This document shows, piece after piece, positions 45,820-56,281 of a DNA stretch of 64,000 nucleotides (position 1 is its first letter; each line of letters begins with the position of its first letter). The notes beneath the pieces are model-generated. The model saw only the letters and a list, made by a program, of their open reading frames with translations. It did not search any database and was not told where the DNA came from. The position numbers were made by a program, and so were the translations under genes. The stretch covers positions 1,567,142 through 1,631,141 of the forward strand of contig OZ245325.1 of the NCBI GenBank assembly GCA_965225705.1, given 5' to 3'. The stretch comes from Maricaulaceae bacterium (lineage in GTDB: Bacteria > Pseudomonadota > Alphaproteobacteria > Caulobacterales > Maricaulaceae).

Positions 45820-47077
45820 ATGTTGTCACCTCTGCTTATATCTTTTCCTTTTTTAATATTTCTCAAGGCTTCTTCTGTCGTGAGTCCACCACCACCTGCA
45901 CCTCCCCTTAAACCTCTCTACGCATGGACTCAGGTCATAGGCGAAACAGAATTATGCGTGAAAGCCATTATGGAATCTCCTGTTCTGCCGGATCTGCGTG
46001 TTGATGGCCTGTCTTTCACCATGTATCAACGCCCCCCTCCCAAAGGGCAAAAAAACGCCTTCCCTGTTTATGTTTTTGAAGCCCATATCCCCATCACAGC
46101 GGACTCTGTTGTGCTGGAGGGCCAGCCCCTCCCTGTTTTAAAGCCTAAAACAGAGAAACTTGCTGTTCTTGGAGATACAGGATGTCGGATTACAAAAACC
46201 ACGGCTCAGGCCTGCAAAGATCCTAAAGCCTGGCCTTTTGCAACAGTCGCAAAGAGCATAGCACAATATCAGCCTGATCTTATTATACATACCGGGGATT
46301 ATTATTATCGTGAAGCCCCCTGCCCTCTGCCTGAGCTTTGTGGAGGTTCACCTTATGGGGACAACTGGGACACCTGGCGTGCAGACTGGTTTGAACCTGG
46401 CAGCCCCTCTCTTCAGGACAGCCCCCCTTATTTTAACACGTGGCAATCATGAAACCTGTCACCGTGGGGGTCAGGGGTGGTCCTATTTTTTAGGTCATGC
46501 GTCCAACACATCCTGTGAGGATTTTGAGCCCCCTTATCTTCTTGCCCTCAACACACATAATGTGATGGTTTTTGATTCATCTTACGGATCTGACAGGCTT
46601 CCTGTGCCGGGACAGATCAAAAAGTGGAAGGAGGCTTTTTTAAGAGCCCTCCCTAAAGCAGATCAACCTCTCTGGCTGTTGACCCATCGCCCTTTATGGG
46701 CAGATCTGGAAAGCTTTTTACATATTGAACATGGAAACTTCCCACAAAGAAAGGCATTCAGCGATATTTTCCCGCAGAATTTAAGCCTTATTCTCTCCGG
46801 GCATGTCCATATGGCGCAGATCCTTAAGGTTAAAGACAGGCCTGTCCAAATGATTATTGGTCACGGCGGTACACTTTTAGATCACCCCGGTGTTCTTCAT
46901 AAAACCTATGAAAATGCCAAAAGCGGGGGGATTGCTCAAAGCCAGGTTATACCTGGCTTCGGCTTTGCCCTTGTTAGCTATGAGCATGAGGAAGCTCATT
47001 GGAATTTCTATGATAAAAATGGAAAAAAACTGGAAGAATATTTTATAGGTGATAACAGGAATATTGTGAAGAAATAA
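45820..47077 (+). pseudogene. Secreted metallophosphoesterase, reading frame interrupted by a +1 shift near 46395-46405
   Basis: Two overlapping ORFs (45820..46452 and 46310..47077) together give the full calcineurin-like motif set. GDTGC and GDYYY are in the first; RGNHE, GHVH and GHGG are in the second. The junction reads ...ADWFEP (frame 1) / AAPLFRTAPLILTRGNHE (frame 2). A GGGAGG RBS and a signal-like N-terminus are present. Confidence 0.75.
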
Positions 47078-47134
47078 AAAAGTTTCCCAACATAACTATC
47101 CTCATCATGTCATAAGAGAAGTACTTTCACCCTA

Positions 47135-48133
47135 TCAAAATTCTTCTGGTGGTACAGACTTCTTTTCACCTAGCTTTTTTGGGGGGCTTTTCCTGAAAAC
47201 TTTGGGAGCATCAAATTTAAGCTCTGCCAAAATCATGGCCGCCAGCATTAAACAGGCCCCCAACACCATAGCTTCTGTGATGTTCTCATGTAAAATCAGC
47301 CAGCCCCCTAACATGGCAAAAACGGATTCCAGGCTCATAATAATCGCAGCAGTTGTTGGTGGAACCATGCCCTGAGCAATGATTTGTATGGTAAAGCCAA
47401 TCGCCGTTGAAAAAACCCCCGTATATAACAAGGCTGGCGCTGCCTGTTGAATATCCGCCCATAAAGGCCAGCTTATATCACCAAACACAACCAGAGTGCT
47501 TAAGATAAGACTGCTGAAAAACGCACAGGAAAAGGCCTGAACAACTGCAAAGCGAAAAACATGATAACGCGGACTTGCCCACCCCAGATATTGTACATGA
47601 CAGGCCCACACGAATGCTGAAAGCAAAACAAGAGCATCCCCTTTTGTAAAATTTTCCAAATCCTTTGCCCCCGTCAAAAAGAAAAGACCTGTCAGAGCTA
47701 AAAAGGTTGCAAACCAGATGTTTTTTGTGATTTTCTGCTTAAAAAACACCCCAATAAAGGCCACAAAAATTACATAAAGTCCTGTAATAAAACCGCCTTT
47801 TGTTGCGGTTGTATTCTCTAACCCCCATTGTTGTAAATTAATCCCCACACACATAATAAGACCACCTGTAAGCCCTGCCAGTATTTCTGACATTCGCCAG
47901 GCTTTTCGGGAAGAATTTTCCCTGGATATATCCCGGGAGGCAGACCTGAATAAAGGGAATAAAACCAAAGGGAGTAAAAAAATCCCCCCAACAAGAAACC
48001 TTAAGCTATTAAAACTCGCGGCATCGAGAAATTCGGCACCCTGGCGCTGGCCAACAAAAGCCATACCCCATAAAAAAGCTGTCACAAGTAGTAAAAACGT
48101 GCCCAGGATCTGTCGGTAACTTGGTTGTCTCAT
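47135..48133 (-). CDS. DMT-superfamily (EamA-like) transporter
   Basis: Hydrophobic throughout, with two EamA-like halves (consistent with the usual 10 DMT helices; not counted). The ATG at 48133 is preferred over the GTG at 48145. Confidence 0.8.
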   Translation of the reverse strand: MRQPSYRQILGTFLLLVTAFLWGMAFVGQRQGAEFLDAASFNSLRFLVGGIFLLPLVLFPLFRSASRDISRENSSRKAWRMSEILAGLTGGLIMCVGINLQQWGLENTTATKGGFITGLYVIFVAFIGVFFKQKITKNIWFATFLALTGLFFLTGAKDLENFTKGDALVLLSAFVWACHVQYLGWASPRYHVFRFAVVQAFSCAFFSSLILSTLVVFGDISWPLWADIQQAAPALLYTGVFSTAIGFTIQIIAQGMVPPTTAAIIMSLESVFAMLGGWLILHENITEAMVLGACLMLAAMILAELKFDAPKVFRKSPPKKLGEKKSVPPEEF

Positions 48134-48322
48134 ACAATTTTCCACTTTTTAGACGTTTCAGATATCAGTCTTCTGAGATTTATTTTGAGATAAAGCCATG
48201 GCTTTTCATGAACCTGTTGATGTCATCATATGAGGGTGAAAGAGTCTTGTTTGCGATCAGCAATCCCCATCAGATGGTATATTTTTTGCTTATGCATTAT
48301 TTAAAAACATAAAGCAATCTGT

Positions 48323-49114
48323 TCAGGCGTTGGGGGGCATTTTATGATTTTTGTTACAAACAGGGCTATCATCAGCGTGATAGTCAACACCTGCAAGATA
48401 TAAGCCTTCTGCCGGTGCAACAGGGGCGCAGGCCGTGCGGTCACAGGCCTTAAGGGCATGCCTGACCTGATCTGGCGTCCATCTCCTGCGGCCTGTCTCC
48501 ACAAGCGCCCCCACCATAGAGCGCACCTGGCGATGAAGAAAGGAACGTGCCACACAGGAAAGTCTTATCTCTTCCCCATAACGTTTCACAGAAAAAGCAT
48601 CCAGAGTTTTAACAGGGCTTTTGGCCTGACATTGCGTGGCACGAAATGTGGTAAAATCATGACGCCCTGTAAAAATTTGTGCCGCTGTGTGCATAAGTTT
48701 GTCATCCAGGGTCTGTGCTATATGCCAGAGCCGGCCTTTTTGCAAAACCAAAGGAGCACGTCTGTTCATAATTCTGTAAAGGTAAAAACGCTTGCCTGCA
48801 TCAAAGCGTGCATGAAAATCCTCTTCCACACGTAAAGCTTTGATAACTGCGACAGGTAATGGACGAAGGTGATGGTTCAACGCATCACGCACCACATCTT
48901 CTGGCCAGTCCTTTTGAAAATCAAGATGGGCATTCTGTGCCAGAGCATGCACACCTGTATCTGTACGTCCCGCCCCATAAACGGGTGTAACTTCTCCACA
49001 AAAAGCCTGAGCAGCAGCTTCTATAGTGCCCTGTACACTTGGTCCTGTCTTCTGGTTCTGCCATCCCCAAAAAGGGCGTCCATCATATTCAAGAACAAGC
49101 CTGTAACGTGGCAT
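48323..49114 (-). CDS. truA: tRNA pseudouridine(38-40) synthase TruA
   Basis: MPRYRLVLEYDGRPFWGWQ, the catalytic GAGRTDTGVHA motif, and FLHRQVRSMVG. Confidence 0.93.
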   Translation of the reverse strand: MPRYRLVLEYDGRPFWGWQNQKTGPSVQGTIEAAAQAFCGEVTPVYGAGRTDTGVHALAQNAHLDFQKDWPEDVVRDALNHHLRPLPVAVIKALRVEEDFHARFDAGKRFYLYRIMNRRAPLVLQKGRLWHIAQTLDDKLMHTAAQIFTGRHDFTTFRATQCQAKSPVKTLDAFSVKRYGEEIRLSCVARSFLHRQVRSMVGALVETGRRRWTPDQVRHALKACDRTACAPVAPAEGLYLAGVDYHADDSPVCNKNHKMPPNA

Positions 49115-49493
49115 AAGATATCCTATCAGATTGAAATCCAGACTTTAGAAAGAAAAAAAACATTCAAAACAGAAAACCCCACAAGAAAGGCTGAAAAATA
49201 TTTGTTCTCACCTCACAGGAGACATAACAGGCAATAATATGGTCCTGATTATTTTTTTTCACTTACAAAACCTGTCTTTTGAGCTTTAATATCAAAGTGT
49301 TTTTGTTCTATAATAGCTTTACCTAAGCACAAACATAGCCTTGCTATATATTTACAGACAAGAAAAAAGAATAAAATCAGTTGACTTTACGTCTCATAAA
49401 TGCTTAGGAACTTAGATAAGAATTTGTTTCATTTAGACAAATTTTGTATATAATTCTTTGTCATGGCTATATAATCAGACAGGCTAATCTCAT

Positions 49494-50957
49494 ATGAGGG
49501 TGTATGATCGCATAAGGGGTGTGAGTGTCAGGACGGCTCTTTCTCTGTCCTTTTTAGCTCTGCCAGCTTTTTTTCTTTATTTGTTTTCCTTTCAAAAAGA
49601 AGCCCATCAAAATGAGAGACAGCCTGTACAGCTGGCCACAACCATATCTCCCGAAACGTCTGCCCCTGAAACAAGCAAAACTTCTTCTGAGATCCGTTCT
49701 GTTTCTGAGGACCCCTCCATTGATGACCCTATTCAAACAGAGCACAGGGCCTTTTCTTCTGTAGCGCGTTTTGGATCCAGGCAGATTATTATAAAAGATC
49801 TCGTCTTAAAACCAGGAAATACTTTGGGTGCTCTTCTGGAACAGGCCAACACAGATCGCGGAGATGTTGTCGTAGCTCTTGAAGCCCTCAAAACCATTTA
49901 CGATCCCCGACGCCTCAAAGCAGGTCAGAAAATAACACTCTATCTTGAAGCTCCTCTCCTTCACAAAGCTTCCACACAATCCTCTTCTCCTATGAGACTT
50001 GCAGCTATAACAACAAGGCCCAGCGTTGAGCGTACGGTGGCCGTTAATCGTCTGCATAGCGGTGAATTTGAAGCCTATAATATCACAATTGAGTTTGAAA
50101 AAGAGATTGTGCGTGCAGAAGGCGATATTAACAACAGTCTCTATGCTGACGCTCTGGCTGCGGGGGCAACAGATAAGCTTATTGCCCAATTTGCTAAAAT
50201 ATACGCCTATAGCGTAGATTTTCAACGTGGTCTTCTTCCGGGAGATCATTTTGAAATGGTCTTTGAACGCTTTAAAAATGAAGAAGGGCAAACCGTCAAA
50301 ACAGGAAAACTTCTTTATGCCATGCTGGCTCCTAAAGGGCAAAAAAAGGCTTACTGGCGCTTTGAGACAGCAGATGGAGAGACAGGTTTTTATGACGCCC
50401 TGGGAAAAAGTGCCAAACGTTTCCTGATGAAAACGCCTATCAATGGTGCACGTCTTTCTTCACGTTTTGGGCGACGACGCCACCCCATTTTAGGCTATAC
50501 CCGCATGCATAAAGGTGTTGATTTCGCAGCCTCACGGGGGACACCAATTCTGGCCGCCGGTGGAGGTCTTGTGGTTCATGCAGGGCGTCGTGGCAGTTAT
50601 GGTAATTATGTCCGCCTTCGTCATGTCAATGGCTATGAAACGGCCTATGCCCATGCTTCACGGATTGCCAAGGGCATAAAAAAAGGGAAAAGAGTGAAAC
50701 AGGGGCAGGTGATTGCCTATGTTGGATCAACGGGACGTTCAACAGGTCCACATTTGCATTATGAAGTTCTCAAAGCTGGCAAACAGGTTAATCCTTTAAA
50801 TATCAAAGCTCCCACAGGACGCAGCCTCTCGAAAAAAGAAAAACAGGCTTTTGAGCTTGCTAAAAAAAATCTTGATACCCTGCGTCAAAAAGCAGGGCCT
50901 GCCAAACAGGTGCGTGCCAGTCTTTATGTTGCCCGTTCAGAAGAAAACATGCCTTAA
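49494..50957 (+). CDS. M23-family peptidoglycan DD-metalloendopeptidase (MepM-like)
   Basis: N-terminal anchor, a Csd3/OapA-like middle domain, and M23 zinc motifs HKGVDFAA and GSTGRSTGPHLHYEV. Confidence 0.88.
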   Translation: MRVYDRIRGVSVRTALSLSFLALPAFFLYLFSFQKEAHQNERQPVQLATTISPETSAPETSKTSSEIRSVSEDPSIDDPIQTEHRAFSSVARFGSRQIIIKDLVLKPGNTLGALLEQANTDRGDVVVALEALKTIYDPRRLKAGQKITLYLEAPLLHKASTQSSSPMRLAAITTRPSVERTVAVNRLHSGEFEAYNITIEFEKEIVRAEGDINNSLYADALAAGATDKLIAQFAKIYAYSVDFQRGLLPGDHFEMVFERFKNEEGQTVKTGKLLYAMLAPKGQKKAYWRFETADGETGFYDALGKSAKRFLMKTPINGARLSSRFGRRRHPILGYTRMHKGVDFAASRGTPILAAGGGLVVHAGRRGSYGNYVRLRHVNGYETAYAHASRIAKGIKKGKRVKQGQVIAYVGSTGRSTGPHLHYEVLKAGKQVNPLNIKAPTGRSLSKKEKQAFELAKKNLDTLRQKAGPAKQVRASLYVARSEENMP

Positions 50958-51204
50958 ATTCGGAAATTTGTCCTCCTGAAATTGTTTTCCTGATACTTTA
51001 TGACCTGCACAACAAAACCATCTCTTTTTAGAATTTTCCATATAGGCTTATCGTGCCTCAACACGCCCTTTAATATCTTTGGTACTTCTTAAACCTTGTG
51101 TCTTTTCCTGTGAATCCCTATTCTGGAACCTTTTATTGAAGATCACACATAAACCCCTGGCCTACTTGGCTTATGGCATAAGATAGGCTACATCTCGATG
51201 TATC

Positions 51205-53937
51205 ATGGCTCACTCTGCTTCTGCACACGGGAAAAAACCCCAACCATCAGGTAAAATGACGCCCATGATGGCGCAATATGCCGGCATTCGGGAAAAGGCC
51301 GGCGAAGATACACTTTTGTTTTACCGTATGGGGGATTTTTACGAACTTTTTTTTGAGGATGCCCTCAAAGCCGCTGCAGCTCTTGACATTGCTTTAACCA
51401 AAAGAGGGAAACATTTAGGAGAAGATATTCCCATGTGTGGTGTCCCTGTGGCAACGGCGGAAACCTATCTTGCCCGTCTTATTAAAAAGGGCTTTCGTGT
51501 CGCGGTATGTGAACAGACAGAAGATCCAAAAAATGCCAGAAAAAGGGGGCCAAAATCTGTTGTTGAGCGGGCCATTGTGCGCGTGGTGACCCCCGGAACT
51601 TTAACAGAAGATTCCCTGTTAGAAGCACGTCATGCACATTATCTGGCGGCCCTTATACGTCCTGGACAGGGGGACTGGGGTCTGGCCTGTGCAGATGTCT
51701 CCACGGGTGCGTTTACTCTCTCCAGTTTTCCGGGTGAACGTCTTGAAAGTGAACTGGCAGCTCTAAGGCCTAAAGAGCTCCTTATCTCAGACAAACAAAC
51801 TGCAGACCCCGATATACAGGCTGTTTTAAAAATTTTAGAGCTTGATCCCACTGTGTTACCAGCCATCAGTTTTGACCCACGCGCCGGGCGTGAGGCCCTC
51901 AGACAATATTACGGTATTGAATCGCTTGAGGTTTTTGGGGATTTTAACACAGTGGAAATAGCTGCTGGTGGCTGCCTTTTGAATTATCTGGAGATGACTC
52001 AGGCAGGCGAGCGCCCGGCCCTTGCCCCGCTGGAGCGTTCTCAAACACAAACATTTATGTCCATAGACCCGGCAACACGAAGCAGTTTAGAGCTGGAGCG
52101 AACACTTTCAGGGGGCAAAGCCGGCTCTCTTCTTGCGACGACAGATCGTATGCTTACAGGTCCCGGAGGGCGTCTGTGGAGGGAGCGTCTGGCCCGCCCC
52201 CTCATGGACAGTGAGAAAATACAGGAACGTTATGACAGTCTTGGCTTTCTTAAAGATCACAGAGAATTACGTTCTTCTCTGCGTGAGGCTTTGAAGGCCT
52301 CCGGCGATGTGGTCCGGGCGCTCTCACGTCTTATGCTGGGGCGTGGTGGTCCAAGAGATCTTGCTATGCTGGCAACAGGTCTTGCACAGGGGGAGGTGCT
52401 GAACGCCTGTGTGGCCCGGGACAGGCTTCTGACTGTCCCAAAAGAACTTGAGGACTCTCTGAAAGCTTTAAGTCTTGTCGCCAACCCTGCTCTTGCCAGT
52501 CTGGTTCAGGATCTCCAGCGGGCTTTGATGGAAGACCTGCCCCTTTTGGCACGTGATGGGGGATTTATTGCCTCTGGCTGGCGCCCTGAACTGGATGAAA
52601 TACGCCGTTTGCGTGATGATAATCGTCGTGTCATAGCAAGCCTTCAGACAGGATATGCCGGCAAAAGTAAAATTACCTCCCTTAAAATTAAGCATAACAA
52701 TATTCTTGGTTTTTTTGTTGAGGTCACGCCACGTCACGCTGATCTTTTGATGAAACCACCTCTTTCAGAGTTTTTCTTTCATCGCCAGACCATGGCCAGT
52801 GCGGTGCGCTTTACGACAGAAGAGCTGATTGATTTAGAAGCCAAAATCACATCTGCCTCAGAACGGGCTCTGGCCCTTGAGCTTGAAGTTTTTGAAGACT
52901 TCGCCCAGCGCATACATCTTTTGGCGGAGGATATCCGCAAAGCAGGCTTTGCTCTGGCCTGTCTTGACGTTGCCACAGGCCTTGCTGTGTGGGCAGAAGA
53001 AGTTGATGCCGTGCGCCCGGAGCTTGTGGACACACCTGTTTTTGACATTGAGGGTGGGCGTCACCCTGTGGTGGAAGCTGTTTTACAAAAATCAGGGGGA
53101 GAAAATTTTACGCCCAATAGCTGCCATCTGGATGGACAGGGAGAGAAAGCACCGCGCCTTATCCTCCTTACAGGTCCCAATATGGCAGGGAAATCAACTT
53201 ATCTCCGACAAAATGCCCTGATGGCCATTCTTGCCCAGGCCGGGTGTTTCGTACCAGCACGTCGGGCACGTCTTGGGCTTGTCGATCGGTTGTTCAGCCG
53301 TGTGGGGGCTGCTGATGATCTGGCGCGGGGACGGTCTACCTTTATGGCGGAAATGATTGAAACGGCTGCTATTCTCAATCAGGCAACCCCACAATCCTTT
53401 GTTATTCTTGACGAAATTGGACGCGGCACGGCGACCTTTGATGGGTTGGCCATTGCCTGGGCGGTCGCGGAATATCTTTATAAAACAAATAAGTGCCGGG
53501 CTTTGTTTGCCACCCATTATCATGAGCTGACCATTTTGGAAGACCAGCTTAACGGGGTGGCCAATGCCTGTCTAAAAGCTAAACTCTGGAAGGAGGAACT
53601 TGTTTTCCTTCATGAAGTTGGGCCAGGGGCTGCAGATAAATCTTATGGAGTCCATGTTGGCCGCCGTGCGGGTCTGCCGCCCCCCGTGGTCAGGCGGGCA
53701 GGATATCTTCTTGAACGCTTAGAGAACCAACAGGGAAAAACAGGAAAAAACTTAGAAGCCCTCCCCTTATTCTCTGCAGACGCTGCGCAACAGAGCGTGC
53801 CTGTCTCATCTGAAAGGGAACAGGAACACCCCGGTTTCACCTCCCTTACTGAACGTCTTGACCAGCTTGATCCTGACAGCCTCACCCCCCGTGAAGCCCT
53901 TGAACAACTCTATGCCCTAAAGGCATTTTTAGAGTAA
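51205..53937 (+). CDS. mutS: DNA mismatch repair protein MutS
   Basis: TPMMAQY and FYRMGDFYELFFEDA in the mismatch-binding domain. Walker A is GPNMAGKST. Also present are DEIGRGT and ATHYHEL. Confidence 0.97.
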   Translation: MAHSASAHGKKPQPSGKMTPMMAQYAGIREKAGEDTLLFYRMGDFYELFFEDALKAAAALDIALTKRGKHLGEDIPMCGVPVATAETYLARLIKKGFRVAVCEQTEDPKNARKRGPKSVVERAIVRVVTPGTLTEDSLLEARHAHYLAALIRPGQGDWGLACADVSTGAFTLSSFPGERLESELAALRPKELLISDKQTADPDIQAVLKILELDPTVLPAISFDPRAGREALRQYYGIESLEVFGDFNTVEIAAGGCLLNYLEMTQAGERPALAPLERSQTQTFMSIDPATRSSLELERTLSGGKAGSLLATTDRMLTGPGGRLWRERLARPLMDSEKIQERYDSLGFLKDHRELRSSLREALKASGDVVRALSRLMLGRGGPRDLAMLATGLAQGEVLNACVARDRLLTVPKELEDSLKALSLVANPALASLVQDLQRALMEDLPLLARDGGFIASGWRPELDEIRRLRDDNRRVIASLQTGYAGKSKITSLKIKHNNILGFFVEVTPRHADLLMKPPLSEFFFHRQTMASAVRFTTEELIDLEAKITSASERALALELEVFEDFAQRIHLLAEDIRKAGFALACLDVATGLAVWAEEVDAVRPELVDTPVFDIEGGRHPVVEAVLQKSGGENFTPNSCHLDGQGEKAPRLILLTGPNMAGKSTYLRQNALMAILAQAGCFVPARRARLGLVDRLFSRVGAADDLARGRSTFMAEMIETAAILNQATPQSFVILDEIGRGTATFDGLAIAWAVAEYLYKTNKCRALFATHYHELTILEDQLNGVANACLKAKLWKEELVFLHEVGPGAADKSYGVHVGRRAGLPPPVVRRAGYLLERLENQQGKTGKNLEALPLFSADAAQQSVPVSSEREQEHPGFTSLTERLDQLDPDSLTPREALEQLYALKAFLE

Positions 53938-54082
53938 AAAAAGAATGTGAGATATATGTCATCTGTATTAGACAACATCAAATATTCATGAATATCTTTA
54001 AACATTAACAATCTAAAGCACGTAGAACTCAAATCTTTCGGATCCATAACAGGATAAAATATCTCTGAAAGGGAGTTTTGGC

Positions 54083-54973
54083 ATGCTTAAAAATTTCTTT
54101 CTCACAGGCTATCTCAAAAGCCTTTTCAGGGTAAGTCTTTTTTGCCTCACTCTCCTCCCCCTGTTATACCCTCAGGCACTATCAGCTTCTGAAAAAACAC
54201 GTCTTGTCCAGGGGGCACAACAAGGTGACCCTGAAATGCAATATGAGCTTGGGGTGATGTACCATAACAGGCATGACTATATTTCAGCCTTTTCATGGTT
54301 TCAAAAAGCAGCCGAACAAAATCATATTATGGCACAATATAGTTATGGCATGATGTATAAGGAAGGACAGGGCGTTACGCGCGACGATCACAAAGCGTTC
54401 ACCTGGCTTCAAAAATCTGCCCAACAGGGTTTTGCACCTGCACACTATCAGCTTGCTCTTATGTATCGTGATGGGCAGGGTGTAGAACAGGATAACCAGA
54501 AATCCTTTGCTCTTATCCAAAAAGCGGCCCGGCTTGGTTTTATCCCTGCACAGGGCCATCTTGGTGTTCTCTATCGTGACGGGGAAGGGGGTGCTGGAAA
54601 ACAGGATATCAAAAAAGCCTTTCACTGGATAAAAAAAGCTGCTCAGGAAGGCTATGCTGAAGCACAGTCAGATCTTGGCGTTATGTATGCTGAAGGGCAT
54701 GGGGTTCCCAAAGATTACGAAAAGGCTTTTATATGGTTTGAGAAAGCAGCTGAACAAAACAATATTCTGGCACTCTACAATCTTGGCCTTATGTATCGTG
54801 ATGGACAAGGTGTAGCACAGAATAATAAGAAATCTTATATCATGCTTTCTCTTGCAGCTATAGCGGGAGTTACCCCTGCCGTACAGGAACGCGATGCCGT
54901 TTCTAAAAAACTTACCCCCCGGGACTTAAAACAGGCGAAAGCAGAAATTCAAAAAAGAACCTCACATCCGTAA
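54083..54973 (+). CDS. Secreted Sel1-like repeat (SLR) protein
   Basis: AGGGAG RBS and a signal peptide. About six tandem units of ~36 aa follow the pattern A.Y.LG.MY..G.GV..D..KAF.W..KAA.QG. Confidence 0.88.
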   Translation: MLKNFFLTGYLKSLFRVSLFCLTLLPLLYPQALSASEKTRLVQGAQQGDPEMQYELGVMYHNRHDYISAFSWFQKAAEQNHIMAQYSYGMMYKEGQGVTRDDHKAFTWLQKSAQQGFAPAHYQLALMYRDGQGVEQDNQKSFALIQKAARLGFIPAQGHLGVLYRDGEGGAGKQDIKKAFHWIKKAAQEGYAEAQSDLGVMYAEGHGVPKDYEKAFIWFEKAAEQNNILALYNLGLMYRDGQGVAQNNKKSYIMLSLAAIAGVTPAVQERDAVSKKLTPRDLKQAKAEIQKRTSHP

Positions 54974-55207
54974 AACTATGTGTCCCTGCCTGCATATGGG
55001 TTTTATGGAGTTTGCCTCCTCTTTATTCAGGGGCACAATCTTTTCTGACCCCTGCATCTGCAAAATCTTTCCTCATAAGATAACAAGAAGAGACATGACA
55101 TGCAGGCTGCCATCCTGTCTGCTATATGTTGTGACATGAATCATGTGACAGCCTCCCCCCTCTGAAAGAAACGAGAGGGTCAGAAAAACTGTCCTGTACA
55201 TGAGAGA

Positions 55208-55284
55208 TGGCGCGCCGGGGAGGATTCGAACCCCCGACCCCCAGATTCGTAGTCTGGTGCTCTATCCAGCTGAGCTACCGGCGC
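55208..55284 (-). tRNA. tRNA-Arg (anticodon ACG)
   Basis: The reverse complement GCGCCGGTAGCTCAGCTGGATAGAGCACCAGACTACGAATCTGGGGGTCGGGGGTTCGAATCCTCCCCGGCGCGCCA folds by hand into a 77-nt cloverleaf. The anticodon loop is CTACGAA and the CCA is encoded. Confidence 0.93.
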
Positions 55285-55560
55285 AGGGCTGCCTGTGGTG
55301 CAGCGAAAGGGACATTAGACAGCTCTTACATCTTATGCAAGGGAAAACATGCAAAGAGGATAAAAATTGTCTTCCTGGTACAGAGAAAAAGATCACAACA
55401 AAAACCTCTCTCTACACCACACCAACTTCACAGAACAAGATGCTCTGTAACCTTATATCCTCTCAATAACAGGGTAGCTGTGCCCAGGGGGAAATTCGGG
55501 AAGGAGCAGGCATAAAGCTCCAGTGTTACAGGCGTATCTCTCATTCCTTCTTTAACGTGA

Positions 55561-55593
55561 AAATCACAAAAAGAAAGGGTCCACAGGACCTTT
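55561..55593 (-). terminator. Putative intrinsic terminator downstream of the GNAT gene
   Basis: The minus strand reads AAAGGTCC-tgt-GGACCCTTT (one bulged base) followed by CTTTTTGTGATTTT. Confidence 0.5.
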
Positions 55594-55684
55594 AAAATTT
55601 TGGAGTCATGAGCCAACAACTCAACGATATAATAAAATTTATGCTAACAAACTCAACCGTATGATGATGACAAGACAACCTGTT

Positions 55685-56134
55685 TCATGAGCGTATATAC
55701 TTTATAAGAGGGGTTTTATGTCCGATTCTATCGTACAGGCGACGTGCCGTCAGGTTGAAGTCTTGCGTTGTCCAGTAAACGCCTTTTGCATTTCTTTCAT
55801 CAGCACGCACATAGACCTTTTTGATAAGCTTTTCAGCAAGTCCTTTTTTTCTATAAAGTTTATGAACAAACAAATCCTGCAGGTAGCAGATTTCTTCTTC
55901 CTGCCAAAGATGAAGATGATACAGGCAATGAACAATGCCAGCAGCATTCCCGTCGACGTAAGCAATATAACCTTCACAATCCATGTTCTCGTCATCGATC
56001 AAACGTGCAAAGGTTATTTGAAAAATTTCTTCGCTTAACCGGGTATTATAAAACTTAAGATAGGTATCCCACAATGAAGTCCAGCATTGCTTATCATTGA
56101 TAGAGAGCTTTTGTATATCAACATCATGAAGCAT
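55685..56134 (-). CDS. GNAT family N-acetyltransferase
   Basis: The acetyl-CoA binding motif region is LQDLFVHKLYRKKGLAEKLIKKV. The ATG at 56134 has AAGGA upstream. The track ORF begins 13 codons earlier, at 56173. Confidence 0.82.
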   Translation of the reverse strand: MLHDVDIQKLSINDKQCWTSLWDTYLKFYNTRLSEEIFQITFARLIDDENMDCEGYIAYVDGNAAGIVHCLYHLHLWQEEEICYLQDLFVHKLYRKKGLAEKLIKKVYVRADERNAKGVYWTTQDFNLTARRLYDRIGHKTPLIKYIRS

Positions 56135-56281
56135 TATTTTTTCCTTATGCTGTATTGTCGATAAGCTGTTCAATGCTGCTATTATGACACCGTTTCAAAA
56201 ATATAGCCTTTCCTAAAACAGAGCAGGACAACCCTCTGTGATACAGGCGAGATAGTGTGGGATATCATGAGAGAAAAAACA

